39,437 nt of DNA from Bdellovibrionota bacterium (GTDB lineage: Bacteria > Bdellovibrionota_C > UBA2361 > OMIW01): contig JBIJBT010000016.1 in NCBI GenBank assembly GCA_044345055.1, forward strand, positions 1-39,437. The letters are read 5' to 3'. This document shows positions 1-9,399 of this stretch, in pieces. Position numbers and translations under genes: made by a program. How positions within the stretch are numbered: position 1 is the stretch's first letter; the number at the start of each line of letters is the position of its first letter. The notes beneath the pieces are model-generated. The model saw only the letters and a list, made by a program, of their open reading frames with translations. It ran no database searches and was not told the DNA's origin.

Positions 1-1
1 A

Positions 2-1201
2 CCGCCGTTTCCGTATTATGATGTTACCCTTCTCCCGTATCTCCAACACTCATTCTGGTTTTTGCCCGATGTTGCGGCATGTCATGCCATGAAGAACCTC
101 TTGGAGGAGAGGCATAATACGTTTTGGCATGATTACACGGCGGTCGTCGCCGCAGGAGCGGCAGCAGGGATAGGCTTGGAGGCCCTTCCGCCGGTGCGTG
201 CTGCTATCGGTAGTGGTTTTGATACCAAGACCATAACGCTGTCGTGCGGCAAGCTCACGACTGGTGTGACGGTGCCGCAGTGGTCATCGATCTTAATGCT
301 GCGCAATCTGAAGTCCCCTGAAACCTATTTCCAGGCGGCGTTTCGAGTTCAATCCCCGTGGTCGATAAAGAACCCAAATGGGAACGACCCTAATGAGGAG
401 GAGATACTGAAGCCAGCATGTTTCGTATTTGACTTCGCGCCGACACGGGCCTTGCGGCAGCTTTCAGAGTACGGCATTGGGTTATCTCCGGGTGAACCGA
501 ACCCAGAAAATGCGGTTAAGGACCTTGTATCGTTTCTCCCCGTGTTGGCATACGACGGCGCGAACATGACCCAGATTGATGCTGGGGGTGTGCTCGATAT
601 TGCGATGGCGGGAACATCGGGTACGCTACTGGCTCGCAAGTGGGAGAGCGCACTGCTCGTCAATGTTGATAATGACACCCTACGCCGTGTTCTCGACAAT
701 CCCGAAGCGATGTCGGCTGTGGAGCGAATCGAAGGCTGGCGTTCGCTCGGTGACAATATCCTGGAGGCGATCATTAACAAGAGCGAGGTTGTTAAAGATC
801 TCAAGAAGAAGGCGAAAGAGGGCAAACTATCCAAGAAGGAGATGAAACAGCTCACGGCGGAGGAAAAGGAATTCAAATCCAAGCGTGAGCTAGTTCAGAA
901 GAAGCTCATCAAGTTTGCGACGCGCATACCAGCCTTCATGTATCTCACTGATTTTCGGGAGAATACCCTTCAGGACGTGATCACCAAGATTGAGCCTGAT
1001 CTGTTCCAAACCGTTACGGGCCTGACAGTGAAGGATTTTCATCTTCTAGTGCGCCTCAAGGTTTTTAATACTGAGCAGATGAACCAAGCGGTCTTTGCTT
1101 TTCGTCGTTATGAGGACGCTTCGCTGAGTTATACCGGTATCGAGAGCCATGAGGGACTAACTCGCTATGGGCTTTATGATACGGTGGTTGCTAAGGCGTA
1201 G
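2..1201 (+). CDS. C-terminal part (5'-truncated by the window) of a restriction endonuclease/SF2 helicase-type protein, of the kind usually paired with an Eco57I-like methyltransferase
   Basis: Frame is open from position 2 (PPFPYYDVTLLPYLQHSFWFLPDV...). Helicase C-terminal motifs TLSCGKLTTGVTVP and SPETYFQAAFRVQSPW, then CFVFDFAP and KLIKFATRIPAFMYLTDFRE, recalled from this family. Confidence 0.75.
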   Translation, partial: PPFPYYDVTLLPYLQHSFWFLPDVAACHAMKNLLEERHNTFWHDYTAVVAAGAAAGIGLEALPPVRAAIGSGFDTKTITLSCGKLTTGVTVPQWSSILMLRNLKSPETYFQAAFRVQSPWSIKNPNGNDPNEEEILKPACFVFDFAPTRALRQLSEYGIGLSPGEPNPENAVKDLVSFLPVLAYDGANMTQIDAGGVLDIAMAGTSGTLLARKWESALLVNVDNDTLRRVLDNPEAMSAVERIEGWRSLGDNILEAIINKSEVVKDLKKKAKEGKLSKKEMKQLTAEEKEFKSKRELVQKKLIKFATRIPAFMYLTDFRENTLQDVITKIEPDLFQTVTGLTVKDFHLLVRLKVFNTEQMNQAVFAFRRYEDASLSYTGIESHEGLTRYGLYDTVVAKA

Positions 1202-1403
1202 CATTTGTATTCAGGGAAGTATCTCTCCCCTACAGTGGAAAAAGTATTCTCTGCTTCGCTCCTTTTCTTCTCATTCTCTCAGAGGCTTAGAAGTCTAGGC
1301 CATTAAGGTCAAACATAGCGGCGGACATCAGGGAACTTATTTTAGATGGACTTAGGGCGAATCAAATTTTATATGATGCTCAGTCAATATTTTTCGGACA
1401 AGA

Positions 1404-1805
1404 TTACTCTCGGTCGCTGAGAGGTTTATCGGTGGGGCTTGAGCAATTGGTTTCTGATGTTTGAGAAATTCCCCCGACAAGCAGTGGGCCACCGTATTCT
1501 TCTTGCAGATCGGAAAACCTTATCGATCCATGCTGAGGAATATTGATTGTCACATCGATCGAACCGCCCAGTGCGTGGACGATTCGAGCAAGAGTTGCCA
1601 ATGTTGTATTGTTACGCCGCTCCAAACGCGAGATGTAGGATTGACCCACCTCGAGCCTTGTCGCAAGCTCTTCTTGCGACATACCACTCCGCTCTCGAAT
1701 TGCGCGAAGAAGGCGAAGCTCTGACCGTATTTGGTCGGCACCAGCACTGATACGAACTTGAGCCTCTGGAGAAAATTCTTTTCTCTTTTCTTTATATGAT
1801 CGCAT
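1404..1805 (-). CDS. XRE-family HTH protein, HigA-like antitoxin
   Basis: LRAIRERSGMSQEELATRLEVGQSYISRLER HTH and TLARIVHALGGSIDV. AAGAGG RBS. Lies directly downstream of a RelE-like toxin remnant. Confidence 0.85.
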   Translation of the reverse strand: MRSYKEKRKEFSPEAQVRISAGADQIRSELRLLRAIRERSGMSQEELATRLEVGQSYISRLERRNNTTLATLARIVHALGGSIDVTINIPQHGSIRFSDLQEEYGGPLLVGGISQTSETNCSSPTDKPLSDRE

Positions 1806-1818
1806 CTGTTCCTCTTTT

Positions 1819-1998
1819 TTACCTGCGCTTCATTTTTTCTAAGTGCTGCTGAAACCGCTTGTCAGCAAGGGGAACATTTTCCTTATACCACCTCTTGTCT
1901 CCACCCTTATCCCCGCCTACAAGCACTACCGCCTGTCGAAGAGGATCGAAGGCAAACAACACTCGCCATGGCCTTCCCTGACACTGAACTCGAATCTC
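1819..1998 (-). pseudogene. 5'-truncated RelE/HigB (Gp49/DUF891-like) type II toxin remnant
   Basis: Manual translation: EIRVQCQGRPWRVLFAFDPLRQAVVLVGGDKGGDKRWYKENVPLADKRFQQHLEKMKRR*. In-frame TAG codons lie immediately upstream and no N-terminal half is recognisable. Absent from the ORF track. Confidence 0.85.
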
Positions 1999-2076
1999 CT
2001 AGCTCTATTTCTCTGAGCTGAAGATGTCCCAATAATGTGAAGTTTCCCTGCATGACCCCGATTGACTGCCAAAAGG

Positions 2077-2784
2077 TTATGAAAGAAGGAGAGATGTTGA
2101 GAAGAGAAGGAACAAAGATCCAGTGAATATATCGAGCCATCCAGATAATGCTTGAACTGCCCTCATGAGAGGAGGCCAAGAACAGAGAAGAACGAACGAT
2201 CCATAACTTACGATCACTGCCGACACGATTCCGACAATAGCTCCAATGCGAATCAACGCAGAGGTGTTGTTCTGGACGAGAACGGTCGAGAGGGAGAGAA
2301 AATAAGATGTGGACGAAGGATTAGTAAGGGATGTCATACAACCGGCTTTCAAACTATCACCGAACTCTGCAATAGCGAGTTTTCCACGGCGGCCTGATTC
2401 TTCGTTGCCGTAATCACCTACTCTCACCTCAACAGGATTAAATCCCGAAACCTCACCCTTCTTCTGCCGATTAAGGGAACCAGATCGAATAGCTTTAACA
2501 CCGAGCCATCCAAGATACACGGCAAAAATTATCTTAAGCGCTTGCCTTACAACCTCACTCAAAACGGTTATTTTTCCGACTAAAAAGAGGGTTGCACTAA
2601 ACAAGAGGATATTCGAGACCGCTATACCCCCAACAACAGCTAGGCCATGCGCTCGGCTCCGCAAAGATCGCGATATAACCAACAACATGCTCGGCCCTGG
2701 AGTAAAGTTAGCCGCGACATCGGCCGCTATGATAGCGAAAAGAAGGGTCAGTGAGGGGGAGAGGGACAGCGACAGAGGGAGCAT
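2077..2784 (-). CDS. LysE/RhtB-family amino-acid exporter
   Basis: TPGPSMLLVISRSL, YLGWLGVKAIR, SLTNP motifs; hydrophobic helices. Start placed at ATG 2784 because the longer ORF runs through the tRNA-derived repeat. Confidence 0.85.
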   Translation of the reverse strand: MLPLSLSLSPSLTLLFAIIAADVAANFTPGPSMLLVISRSLRSRAHGLAVVGGIAVSNILLFSATLFLVGKITVLSEVVRQALKIIFAVYLGWLGVKAIRSGSLNRQKKGEVSGFNPVEVRVGDYGNEESGRRGKLAIAEFGDSLKAGCMTSLTNPSSTSYFLSLSTVLVQNNTSALIRIGAIVGIVSAVIVSYGSFVLLCSWPPLMRAVQALSGWLDIFTGSLFLLFSTSLLLS

Positions 2785-2863
2785 TTTTAGGTTGTGACTA
2801 ATATTGCTTGAACCTAACTCGACTATGTCAGAGCTGAGTTTGCTAGTGGAGCCGGATGAGGGT

Positions 2864-2884
2864 TGGTGGAGCTGACGGGACTCG
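2864..2884 (-). repeat. Duplicated tRNA 3' end (att-like direct repeat)
   Basis: + strand TGGTGGAGCTGACGGGACTCG (2864-2884) matches TGGCGGAGCTGACGGGACTCG (2952-2972, tRNA 3' end) at 20/21 positions. Confidence 0.85.
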
Positions 2885-2951
2885 CTTTGTTTTCTCTTGC
2901 TCACTACGTGAGCACAGGGTTCGAATCCCTAGAATCAACTAATTGAAAAAA

Positions 2952-3028
2952 TGGCGGAGCTGACGGGACTCGAACCCGCGACCTCTCGCGTGACAGGCGA
3001 GCGTTCTAACCAACTGAACTACGGCTCC
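2952..3028 (-). tRNA. tRNA-Asp (anticodon GTC)
   Basis: Reverse complement GGAGCCGTAGTTCAGTTGGTTAGAACGCTCGCCTGTCACGCGAGAGGTCGCGGGTTCGAGTCCCGTCAGCTCCGCCA folds into a 77-nt cloverleaf with GTC anticodon, TTCGA T-loop, G73 discriminator and encoded CCA. Confidence 0.97.
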
Positions 3029-3349
3029 GTATCGGGAAAGCGCTTTTTGGGACGGGACAGAGGAGATTCACAAGCTGCCTGCTCGATTATTCCGGGTTCT
3101 GCGACGTCTGGGCTCTCGACTCTCAAGTTACCACTACTACTCGATTATCACAAATATCTGATACCTGTCGGAGGTAATCTGGAGTAGGTTGTTCTCAAGG
3201 AGTCTCGTGGCTGTTTGGTACCTGTACGTTCCAAACAGCGCTGCGCTTGACGTTGGGAAGATACTCTATATCGATTGGCTGTGCAAGTGGTTGGCGAAAA
3301 AAGCGGACCAAAAAATGAGCTTGCTAGGGCGTCGGTGAGGAGGTGTGCG

Positions 3350-4717
3350 ATGGAGGGGGAAGTAACCGCGATTGGAGAGGCCTCTGAGCTGCCGGAGAGA
3401 GAAGCTTTAAGTAGCTCGGTCTCGCTTATTCCTACGATTAATGTATCGGCTACACACATCTCCCCTGCTTCCTCGTTGCGAGTCGATGTTTTGTGGACTC
3501 TTGCAGGAAGTGTCTTTTATACAGGTTGTCAGTGGGGATGCTCGATAGCGATAGCAAAACTTGCAGATAGCGAAGCACTTGGTCAATTTTCTTTGGGTCT
3601 TGCAGTTGCAGCACCTATTTTTTTAACCGGTAGCCTTCAGCTGCGTGGTGTTCAGGCGACCGATGCTCGCCGAGAATATTCCTTTTCTGATTATCTTTCA
3701 CTTCGAATAATAACAACTGTACTGGCAGTTACTCTTGTCTCCCTTATTACATTCGGCGGTTTCACCATCGGAAGCTTTACCCGAACAACCGCGCTCGTTG
3801 TGCTGATAGTAGGTTGTGCAAAAGCTGTCGAATCGATCAGTGATATTATTTTTGGCCTACTTCAACAGCGAGAGCGGATGCGGATGATTGCGCTCTCGAT
3901 GATCACAAAAGGGGTCGGATCTCTCATCCTAGTGGTCGCAGTTCTTTCTCTCACCAAAAGTATTGTGTTGGCAAGTAGTGCTATGTTGCTCTGTTGGAGT
4001 GTCGTGTTGTTTTCACGAGACATTCCAAATGGAGTTGCGATTCTTCGGGATGAGAAAAGATCATCTGATTGGTTGAGTACTGATACCGCGCGAATAGCTC
4101 AATTATTTCGCTCCTCATTTCCCCTCGGAGTAATGCTTCTCCTGATATCGCTTGGGCCTGCGATACCGAGATTTTTTCTTGCATCTTCGCGAGGTCTCTC
4201 CGAACTCGGTATGTATTCAGCAATCAGTTATACGATTATTGCTGGTCAAACCGTCATCGCAGCGATTGGTCAGGCGGCAAGTCCCCGATTGTCACGATTA
4301 TTTCTTAAGGGCGATCTCTCTGGATATTATCGCCTTATGGTCCGGCTATCAGCTATTGCGCTGTGCTTAGGTATTTTGGGGATTGCGGTTTCAGTTATTG
4401 GTGGCGGAACTATCTTGCGATTGATGTACGCACCTGATTATGCACCGTACTCTCCGTGCTTAGTGGTCGTCATGATCGCGGCTCTCTTCCAATATCTTGC
4501 AACGGTCGTCGAGTATGGAGTTACCGCTGCACGAGTTTTTCGCGAGCAGGTAGCTCCTGCAGTAGTTGCTCTTGTGGCAACGAGTGTGGCTGCGGCTATT
4601 CTCATTCCACCGTATGGTCTAATGGGAGGATGTTTGGTCCTTTTAGTTGGCCAAATAGTTACCCTGATCGGCCGACTTTTCGTTCTTTGGTGCGCGATTC
4701 GAAACGGAGTAGGCTAA
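3350..4717 (+). CDS. Wzx-like oligosaccharide flippase (MOP superfamily)
   Basis: Many TM helices; GQFSLGLAVAAP, LRGVQATDA and PRFFL..GLSELGMYSAISY motifs. GAGGAGGT RBS before ATG 3350. Confidence 0.85.
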   Translation: MEGEVTAIGEASELPEREALSSSVSLIPTINVSATHISPASSLRVDVLWTLAGSVFYTGCQWGCSIAIAKLADSEALGQFSLGLAVAAPIFLTGSLQLRGVQATDARREYSFSDYLSLRIITTVLAVTLVSLITFGGFTIGSFTRTTALVVLIVGCAKAVESISDIIFGLLQQRERMRMIALSMITKGVGSLILVVAVLSLTKSIVLASSAMLLCWSVVLFSRDIPNGVAILRDEKRSSDWLSTDTARIAQLFRSSFPLGVMLLLISLGPAIPRFFLASSRGLSELGMYSAISYTIIAGQTVIAAIGQAASPRLSRLFLKGDLSGYYRLMVRLSAIALCLGILGIAVSVIGGGTILRLMYAPDYAPYSPCLVVVMIAALFQYLATVVEYGVTAARVFREQVAPAVVALVATSVAAAILIPPYGLMGGCLVLLVGQIVTLIGRLFVLWCAIRNGVG

Positions 4718-4728
4718 GGAGGAGAAAA

Positions 4729-6051
4729 ATGGTAGCGCGACTATACTCTCAGATTATTCCGTTACCACCCGCCGCAATTCGACGAACTGGCCCTCTCTTC
4801 ATCGTACTGTGCCTCTATATCACTGCTCACTCGTTTATGATTCCGATTGCAGCGGTCGGGCCATCTTGGTCGGTTTGGCCAACCCTAGCTGACATAATGA
4901 TTGTACCTCTTATCGGTATAGCGATACTCGGCTTCCGTTCTACCACTGCGTTAACGTCACTTCATCGCCGATGTCTCCGATCGTTCGGGGTGCTTCTTGG
5001 AATCGCCCTCTTTGCCCTTCTTCACACAATAGTATTTACGACAGAGCGCGAAGCGGTAATGTATGGACTCTATTTTTTTTATCGATTTACCGAATTCTTT
5101 CTCCTTTTTTGGGCCGTTTCTCAGGTAGCGTGGAGTACAAAACGGCTCACCATAATTGGATGGGTTGTTGATATAGTTCTTCTGATTACCTGTGCGGGAG
5201 TTCTCCTTACTTTTTTTGGAATTATTCCGCTCAGCAATCTCGTTGCGCATCTTCCTCAGTCGCCCGATCTTGCCGGGCCATGGGTAGCATATCCTCTAAA
5301 GGAGAAGTTCCCCGATGATGGTCGTGGCGTTGGATTTGTTGGATACAATCACGCGTATGCGGGGGTACAAATACTTGCTCTGGTCGCTCTTAGATGCGCA
5401 CTCACTCAATCACGGGTGACGATGGGAGCTATTTTGTTGTTGATGATTGCGGTTGTATCTTCGTTTGTGACAGAGTCTCGCGCCGGGTTCGCCGCGCTTA
5501 TATTTTTCCTAGCAACGCAGTTTGCTCGCAATCCAAAACTACTTGTAGCGGCGATGCCTCTTGTGCTCACTGCAGTGGTGATGTTTGGTCGAGATATGGG
5601 CGCTGTTTCTGAGACGGTTGCTCGCCAACAAACGATCCTCTCAGCTACAGATGGAGATAATCTTAGTGGTCGGCCCGATATATGGCATGCATACACCGAA
5701 GTATTACTTAACAATCCAGCCTTTATACTAGTTGGTGCAGGTCTGGGAGCTTCCTATCCGGTCACACCGAATAGAAGTTGCCATATGACGCCGTTACAAT
5801 ATCTCTTCGAGTTGGGCTTGGTTGGTTTTCTTGCATACTGGTTTATAGTATTTCAGATAGCTTTGTTACTCTATCGTTTCGAGAGTGGGACAAAACCGCT
5901 TTTTTTTGCTCTAGTCGCGCTCCAGGTAGCATCGTTCACTATGGAAACGTTTTATCCGATTCCGTATTTGGGACATTTTTTAGGTTTATGTCTTTTCGCT
6001 ATAGCGGTTTCTTTTTCAATATCTCAGTTGCGATTGCTCAATAGTCATTGA
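4729..6051 (+). CDS. O-antigen ligase / Wzy_C-family membrane protein
   Basis: TESRAG, SGRPDIW, GAGLG and H..LQYLFELGLVG motifs; polytopic. AGGAGGAG RBS before ATG 4729; the longer ORF overlaps wzx. Confidence 0.8.
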   Translation: MVARLYSQIIPLPPAAIRRTGPLFIVLCLYITAHSFMIPIAAVGPSWSVWPTLADIMIVPLIGIAILGFRSTTALTSLHRRCLRSFGVLLGIALFALLHTIVFTTEREAVMYGLYFFYRFTEFFLLFWAVSQVAWSTKRLTIIGWVVDIVLLITCAGVLLTFFGIIPLSNLVAHLPQSPDLAGPWVAYPLKEKFPDDGRGVGFVGYNHAYAGVQILALVALRCALTQSRVTMGAILLLMIAVVSSFVTESRAGFAALIFFLATQFARNPKLLVAAMPLVLTAVVMFGRDMGAVSETVARQQTILSATDGDNLSGRPDIWHAYTEVLLNNPAFILVGAGLGASYPVTPNRSCHMTPLQYLFELGLVGFLAYWFIVFQIALLLYRFESGTKPLFFALVALQVASFTMETFYPIPYLGHFLGLCLFAIAVSFSISQLRLLNSH

Positions 6052-6285
6052 ATTAAATAAGAGGTTTTTTGGGAACTTTTTCCCCTCTTTTTCTCTCTCC
6101 GCTCCAAATTCATCTATCAGTGACCTATCATCACTTTTTTTGCATTAGACGACTAGGCAAAAAAGGTGAATCAAAAGGTCTAGTCCTGAATCTTACCTAA
6201 CTCATCCGACCGATCATTCGATTCGACAATGTTTTATCTGTACATTACCTCTAGTCGGAGGGGGTTCTCGAGGGGAGGAGTGAGT

Positions 6286-7620
6286 ATGAAGTGTCGTTTG
6301 TCTCGAATCGCCATCCGAACGGGGAGTGTGATTCTAGGAGTGGTATTTTCGGTGTACAGTTTTGGAGGGGAGGCACAAGCGCAATATCGTCCAGCACTCA
6401 CAAAGCAGAGTAGTTGGTCGGTCTTGAATAAAGTAACTCAGGTCGATGGAAAAGATTTTTTACCAATCGGCATTTATTACGTGTCGTACTATACCAATCA
6501 GGATGCACAGCGTCTTTTGGATCTAGAGAAGATAGCTGCCAACGGTTTTAATATGGTTGCAACGCCAATTGATTCGGGAGATAAGGCGTTTCTCGATAAG
6601 GCGGCACGGCTCGGAATCTACACGACGATTGAGTTTAATAGTGACCCAAATGGTGTCATATCAATGGCTCAGGGGCATCCGACTCGATCGTGGTTTCTCG
6701 CGTTTGATGATGTAGATGAGCTAAAAAGTGATGGGACACGATGGTTCCCGGTCAGTCAGGTTGCAACGGAAACACCTATCTTAAAGGCTAAAGTTCCCGG
6801 CGCAATGACACTGATCACGGCGTTTAGTACTGCTCGCTCGAAGGAGTACATGGGTTATGCTGATACTTATTGCTATCAGGTATACCCGATTCCCTACGAG
6901 CCTGAGAGTTCGGTTACCTATAACTTAAAGCTCCATCTCGCTTCTGATTCGCTCTACAACAATCAGGTCCCGCTCGGATGCTTGCAGTCATATCGCTACC
7001 CGAATCAAAGGATGCCAACGAAACTTGAGTTTCGGAGTATGACCTATCAGGCATTAGTGCTTGGCGTCAAAGGTCTAATGTACTACACCTTTTTCGACGA
7101 GACGACGAACCTGAACAATTATCCTGATCTCTGGGCGGAGATGGGACGAACCAATAGTGAAGTTGAATCGCTCAAAGGATTCTTCCTGCGGGGTCAACGA
7201 ACGGCGCTCTCAACGGGGAACGGCCAAGTGTATGCTGCGCAGTTTACCTGGAATGGGCGAACCATTGTGGTGGCTGTAAACGCATTCGGATCAAACTCGT
7301 ATCCGATTACGTTGCGACCAACTGTAACGGCAACTGGAGCTCGAAACGTATTCACCTCGCGACCGGGTACCTTGACGCTACAAAACGGTGCGTTAGTGGG
7401 CACGCTAGGTCCAAAAACTGTGAGTGTGTATGAGTTAACGACAGCAACCTCGACCTCTGGAAAAACTCTCTTCTCGGTGCCATCGAGTAGCACGAGTGGG
7501 AGTGTCAAGGGTGGTTCGAAAAGGAAATTGACGGCGGCTCAGATCGCACGGCAGAAGCGGATTGCTCGGGCAAAAGCGCTCGCGTTCAAGCGCTTACGCA
7601 ATCAGAAACTAGTTCGATAA
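6286..7620 (+). CDS. Secreted glycoside-hydrolase-like TIM-barrel protein with a C-terminal beta domain and basic tail
   Basis: Signal peptide ending AQA. FLPIGIYY, IAANGFNMV, YPIP and PTKLEFRSMTYQALVLGVKGLMYYTF resemble clan GH-A-like uncharacterised hydrolases. GGAGGAG RBS. Confidence 0.6.
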   Translation: MKCRLSRIAIRTGSVILGVVFSVYSFGGEAQAQYRPALTKQSSWSVLNKVTQVDGKDFLPIGIYYVSYYTNQDAQRLLDLEKIAANGFNMVATPIDSGDKAFLDKAARLGIYTTIEFNSDPNGVISMAQGHPTRSWFLAFDDVDELKSDGTRWFPVSQVATETPILKAKVPGAMTLITAFSTARSKEYMGYADTYCYQVYPIPYEPESSVTYNLKLHLASDSLYNNQVPLGCLQSYRYPNQRMPTKLEFRSMTYQALVLGVKGLMYYTFFDETTNLNNYPDLWAEMGRTNSEVESLKGFFLRGQRTALSTGNGQVYAAQFTWNGRTIVVAVNAFGSNSYPITLRPTVTATGARNVFTSRPGTLTLQNGALVGTLGPKTVSVYELTTATSTSGKTLFSVPSSSTSGSVKGGSKRKLTAAQIARQKRIARAKALAFKRLRNQKLVR

Positions 7621-7635
7621 GGTTTGGTTTTAAAG

Positions 7636-7689
7636 AAGAGTCGGTGAGTTGCGTGAGTAGTAATATTCGCGCACCTGCCGACTCTTTTT
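7636..7689 (+). terminator. Intrinsic terminator after the wzx-ligase-hydrolase genes
   Basis: AAGAGTCGG...GCGTGAGTA-GTAA-TATTCGCGC...CCGACTCTT long hairpin followed by a T-run. Confidence 0.75.
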
Positions 7690-7889
7690 ATTTGTTTTTC
7701 GATTTAGCATGAAAAATAATCTATCCGAAAACTAGACCGTTTTATTTACTCCGAATCAATATCTGATACATTGATCCCCTGATTGCTAGGCTTGGAATAA
7801 TTTAATCCTGAGTCACTCGTCCTTTGATCACCATTACTCTTGGCTACAGGTGAAATCTCTTCGAGTGAGATAATCTTTGGAGATCATTT

Positions 7890-8951
7890 ATGACTACTTA
7901 TATGAATTTTGATGAGGCGATTCGACAGATCGTTCTTGGGATGCCGCCAGCTGAAGATGCCGGTTTGCTCGGAGTTTCTCTCGATCCAGCGGATTCGAGC
8001 CTGGTTATTATTCCGGTGCACTGGGAAGCTACAACTTCGTATGGTGGAGGAACCTCACAGGGGCCCGATGTAATAGTTCCTGCTAGTCATCAGCTCGATG
8101 TAGGTGATGCGGCATTTGGTGAGCCTTTCAGGGTGGGCATAGCCATGGTTCCAGAGGACCCTATGATAAGAAGCCTAAGCGAGGAGGCAAAGAAAGCGGC
8201 AAAAGTAGTTATCCAAGCGTGCATGAGTGGTGGAGAAGCGACTGCAGAGCAGGCTTTTGTAAATGAATCGAGTCGCAAAGTTAATGATTCGGTTTACAAA
8301 ACGGCAAAGGATTGGTTGTCCAAGGATAAGTTTGTAGCAGTTCTTGGTGGCGATCACTCTAGTCCTCAAGGTCTTATTAAGGCACTTTCGGAAAAAAATC
8401 GTGACGGTTTTGGGATTCTACAGTTCGATGCTCATCAAGATTTTCGTGATGGATACGAAGGATTCACACACAGTCATGCATCAATATTTTTTAATGTAAT
8501 GACGAGCTATCCTGAAGTTAGCAGAATAACTCAGGTTGGAATTCGTGATTACAGTATTGATGAGAAGCGATTTATGGAGTCTCTAGGTGATAGGGCTTCA
8601 TGTTTTTATTCTAGAGATATTTTCCGGGAAAAAGCTGAAGGGCGTACCTTCAAAGAAATTACATCAAAAATTATTGATACTCTTCCAGAAAAGGTCTACG
8701 TCTCGTTCGACATTGATGCTCTTGACCCATCGTATTGCCCCTCCACCGGAACTCCTGTACCTGGTGGACTTTCGTTTGATGAGGCGTGTTACATCCTAGA
8801 AGCCCTCGCATCAAGTGGCCGAAAAGTCATCGGCTTTGACCTCAATGAGGTATCACCTTCGGGTAAGGGCGATGAATGGGATGCAAATGTCGGAGCGAGA
8901 ATTCTTTATAAGCTGTGTGGGTGTTTATTGAGGTCTCAGAAGTTGTGCTAA
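7890..8951 (+). CDS. speB: Agmatinase-like ureohydrolase (arginase family)
   Basis: GGDHS, DAHQD and SFDIDALDP..PSTGTPVPGG metal-binding motifs. Exact substrate not determinable. Confidence 0.85.
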   Translation: MTTYMNFDEAIRQIVLGMPPAEDAGLLGVSLDPADSSLVIIPVHWEATTSYGGGTSQGPDVIVPASHQLDVGDAAFGEPFRVGIAMVPEDPMIRSLSEEAKKAAKVVIQACMSGGEATAEQAFVNESSRKVNDSVYKTAKDWLSKDKFVAVLGGDHSSPQGLIKALSEKNRDGFGILQFDAHQDFRDGYEGFTHSHASIFFNVMTSYPEVSRITQVGIRDYSIDEKRFMESLGDRASCFYSRDIFREKAEGRTFKEITSKIIDTLPEKVYVSFDIDALDPSYCPSTGTPVPGGLSFDEACYILEALASSGRKVIGFDLNEVSPSGKGDEWDANVGARILYKLCGCLLRSQKLC

Positions 8952-8991
8952 GGCTTAACGGGTAGTGCCTTTGATCTCAATGGTAAGCGGT

Positions 8992-9234
8992 CTAGTGTTT
9001 CGGCGAATTATCCTCTTTTGTGGTCTTTGTCATTTTGGTCCGAATACCTTCGGCGTGACTCTGTAACCGTTTCAAAAACGCTTTAGCCCACGCAAATTCT
9101 GTCCCAAGAATCGCAAGACCGATTGGAATTACGATAAATGCTGGGCCGGGAAGAATTAACATCACTGTCCCGATTGCGACGACACTTCCGCCTATCAGAA
9201 AGATAATAAGTTTTTTTGCCGTTGAGAAAAGCAT
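8992..9234 (-). CDS. PGPGW-domain small membrane protein
   Basis: Two TM helices with LPGPAF..GLAILGTEFAWA signature. Confidence 0.8.
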   Translation of the reverse strand: MLFSTAKKLIIFLIGGSVVAIGTVMLILPGPAFIVIPIGLAILGTEFAWAKAFLKRLQSHAEGIRTKMTKTTKEDNSPKH

Positions 9235-9399
9235 ATCGGAGAGGAATATCGGGCAGGAATAAAGTGCAGCTCCTGTCCTTTATGATACTTCGGCTAGATA
9301 AAAAGGCAAAATCGAATCCTCTTGGGAGCCCCTCTCACAACCTTCGTGATATGGCTCCTATCTAAAGCCGAGACCATATTCCCGATTGTGAATCATTTC

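Noticed and set aside
1907..2179. 90-aa ORF upstream of the antitoxin as the toxin
   Set aside because: Wrong frame; the toxin motifs are in another frame (1819-1998).
2951..3187. ORF MAELTGLEPATSRVTG...
   Set aside because: It is the antisense reading of tRNA-Asp.
7690..7889. Guanidine riboswitch before the ureohydrolase
   Set aside because: No ykkC, mini-ykkC or ykkC-III consensus visible.
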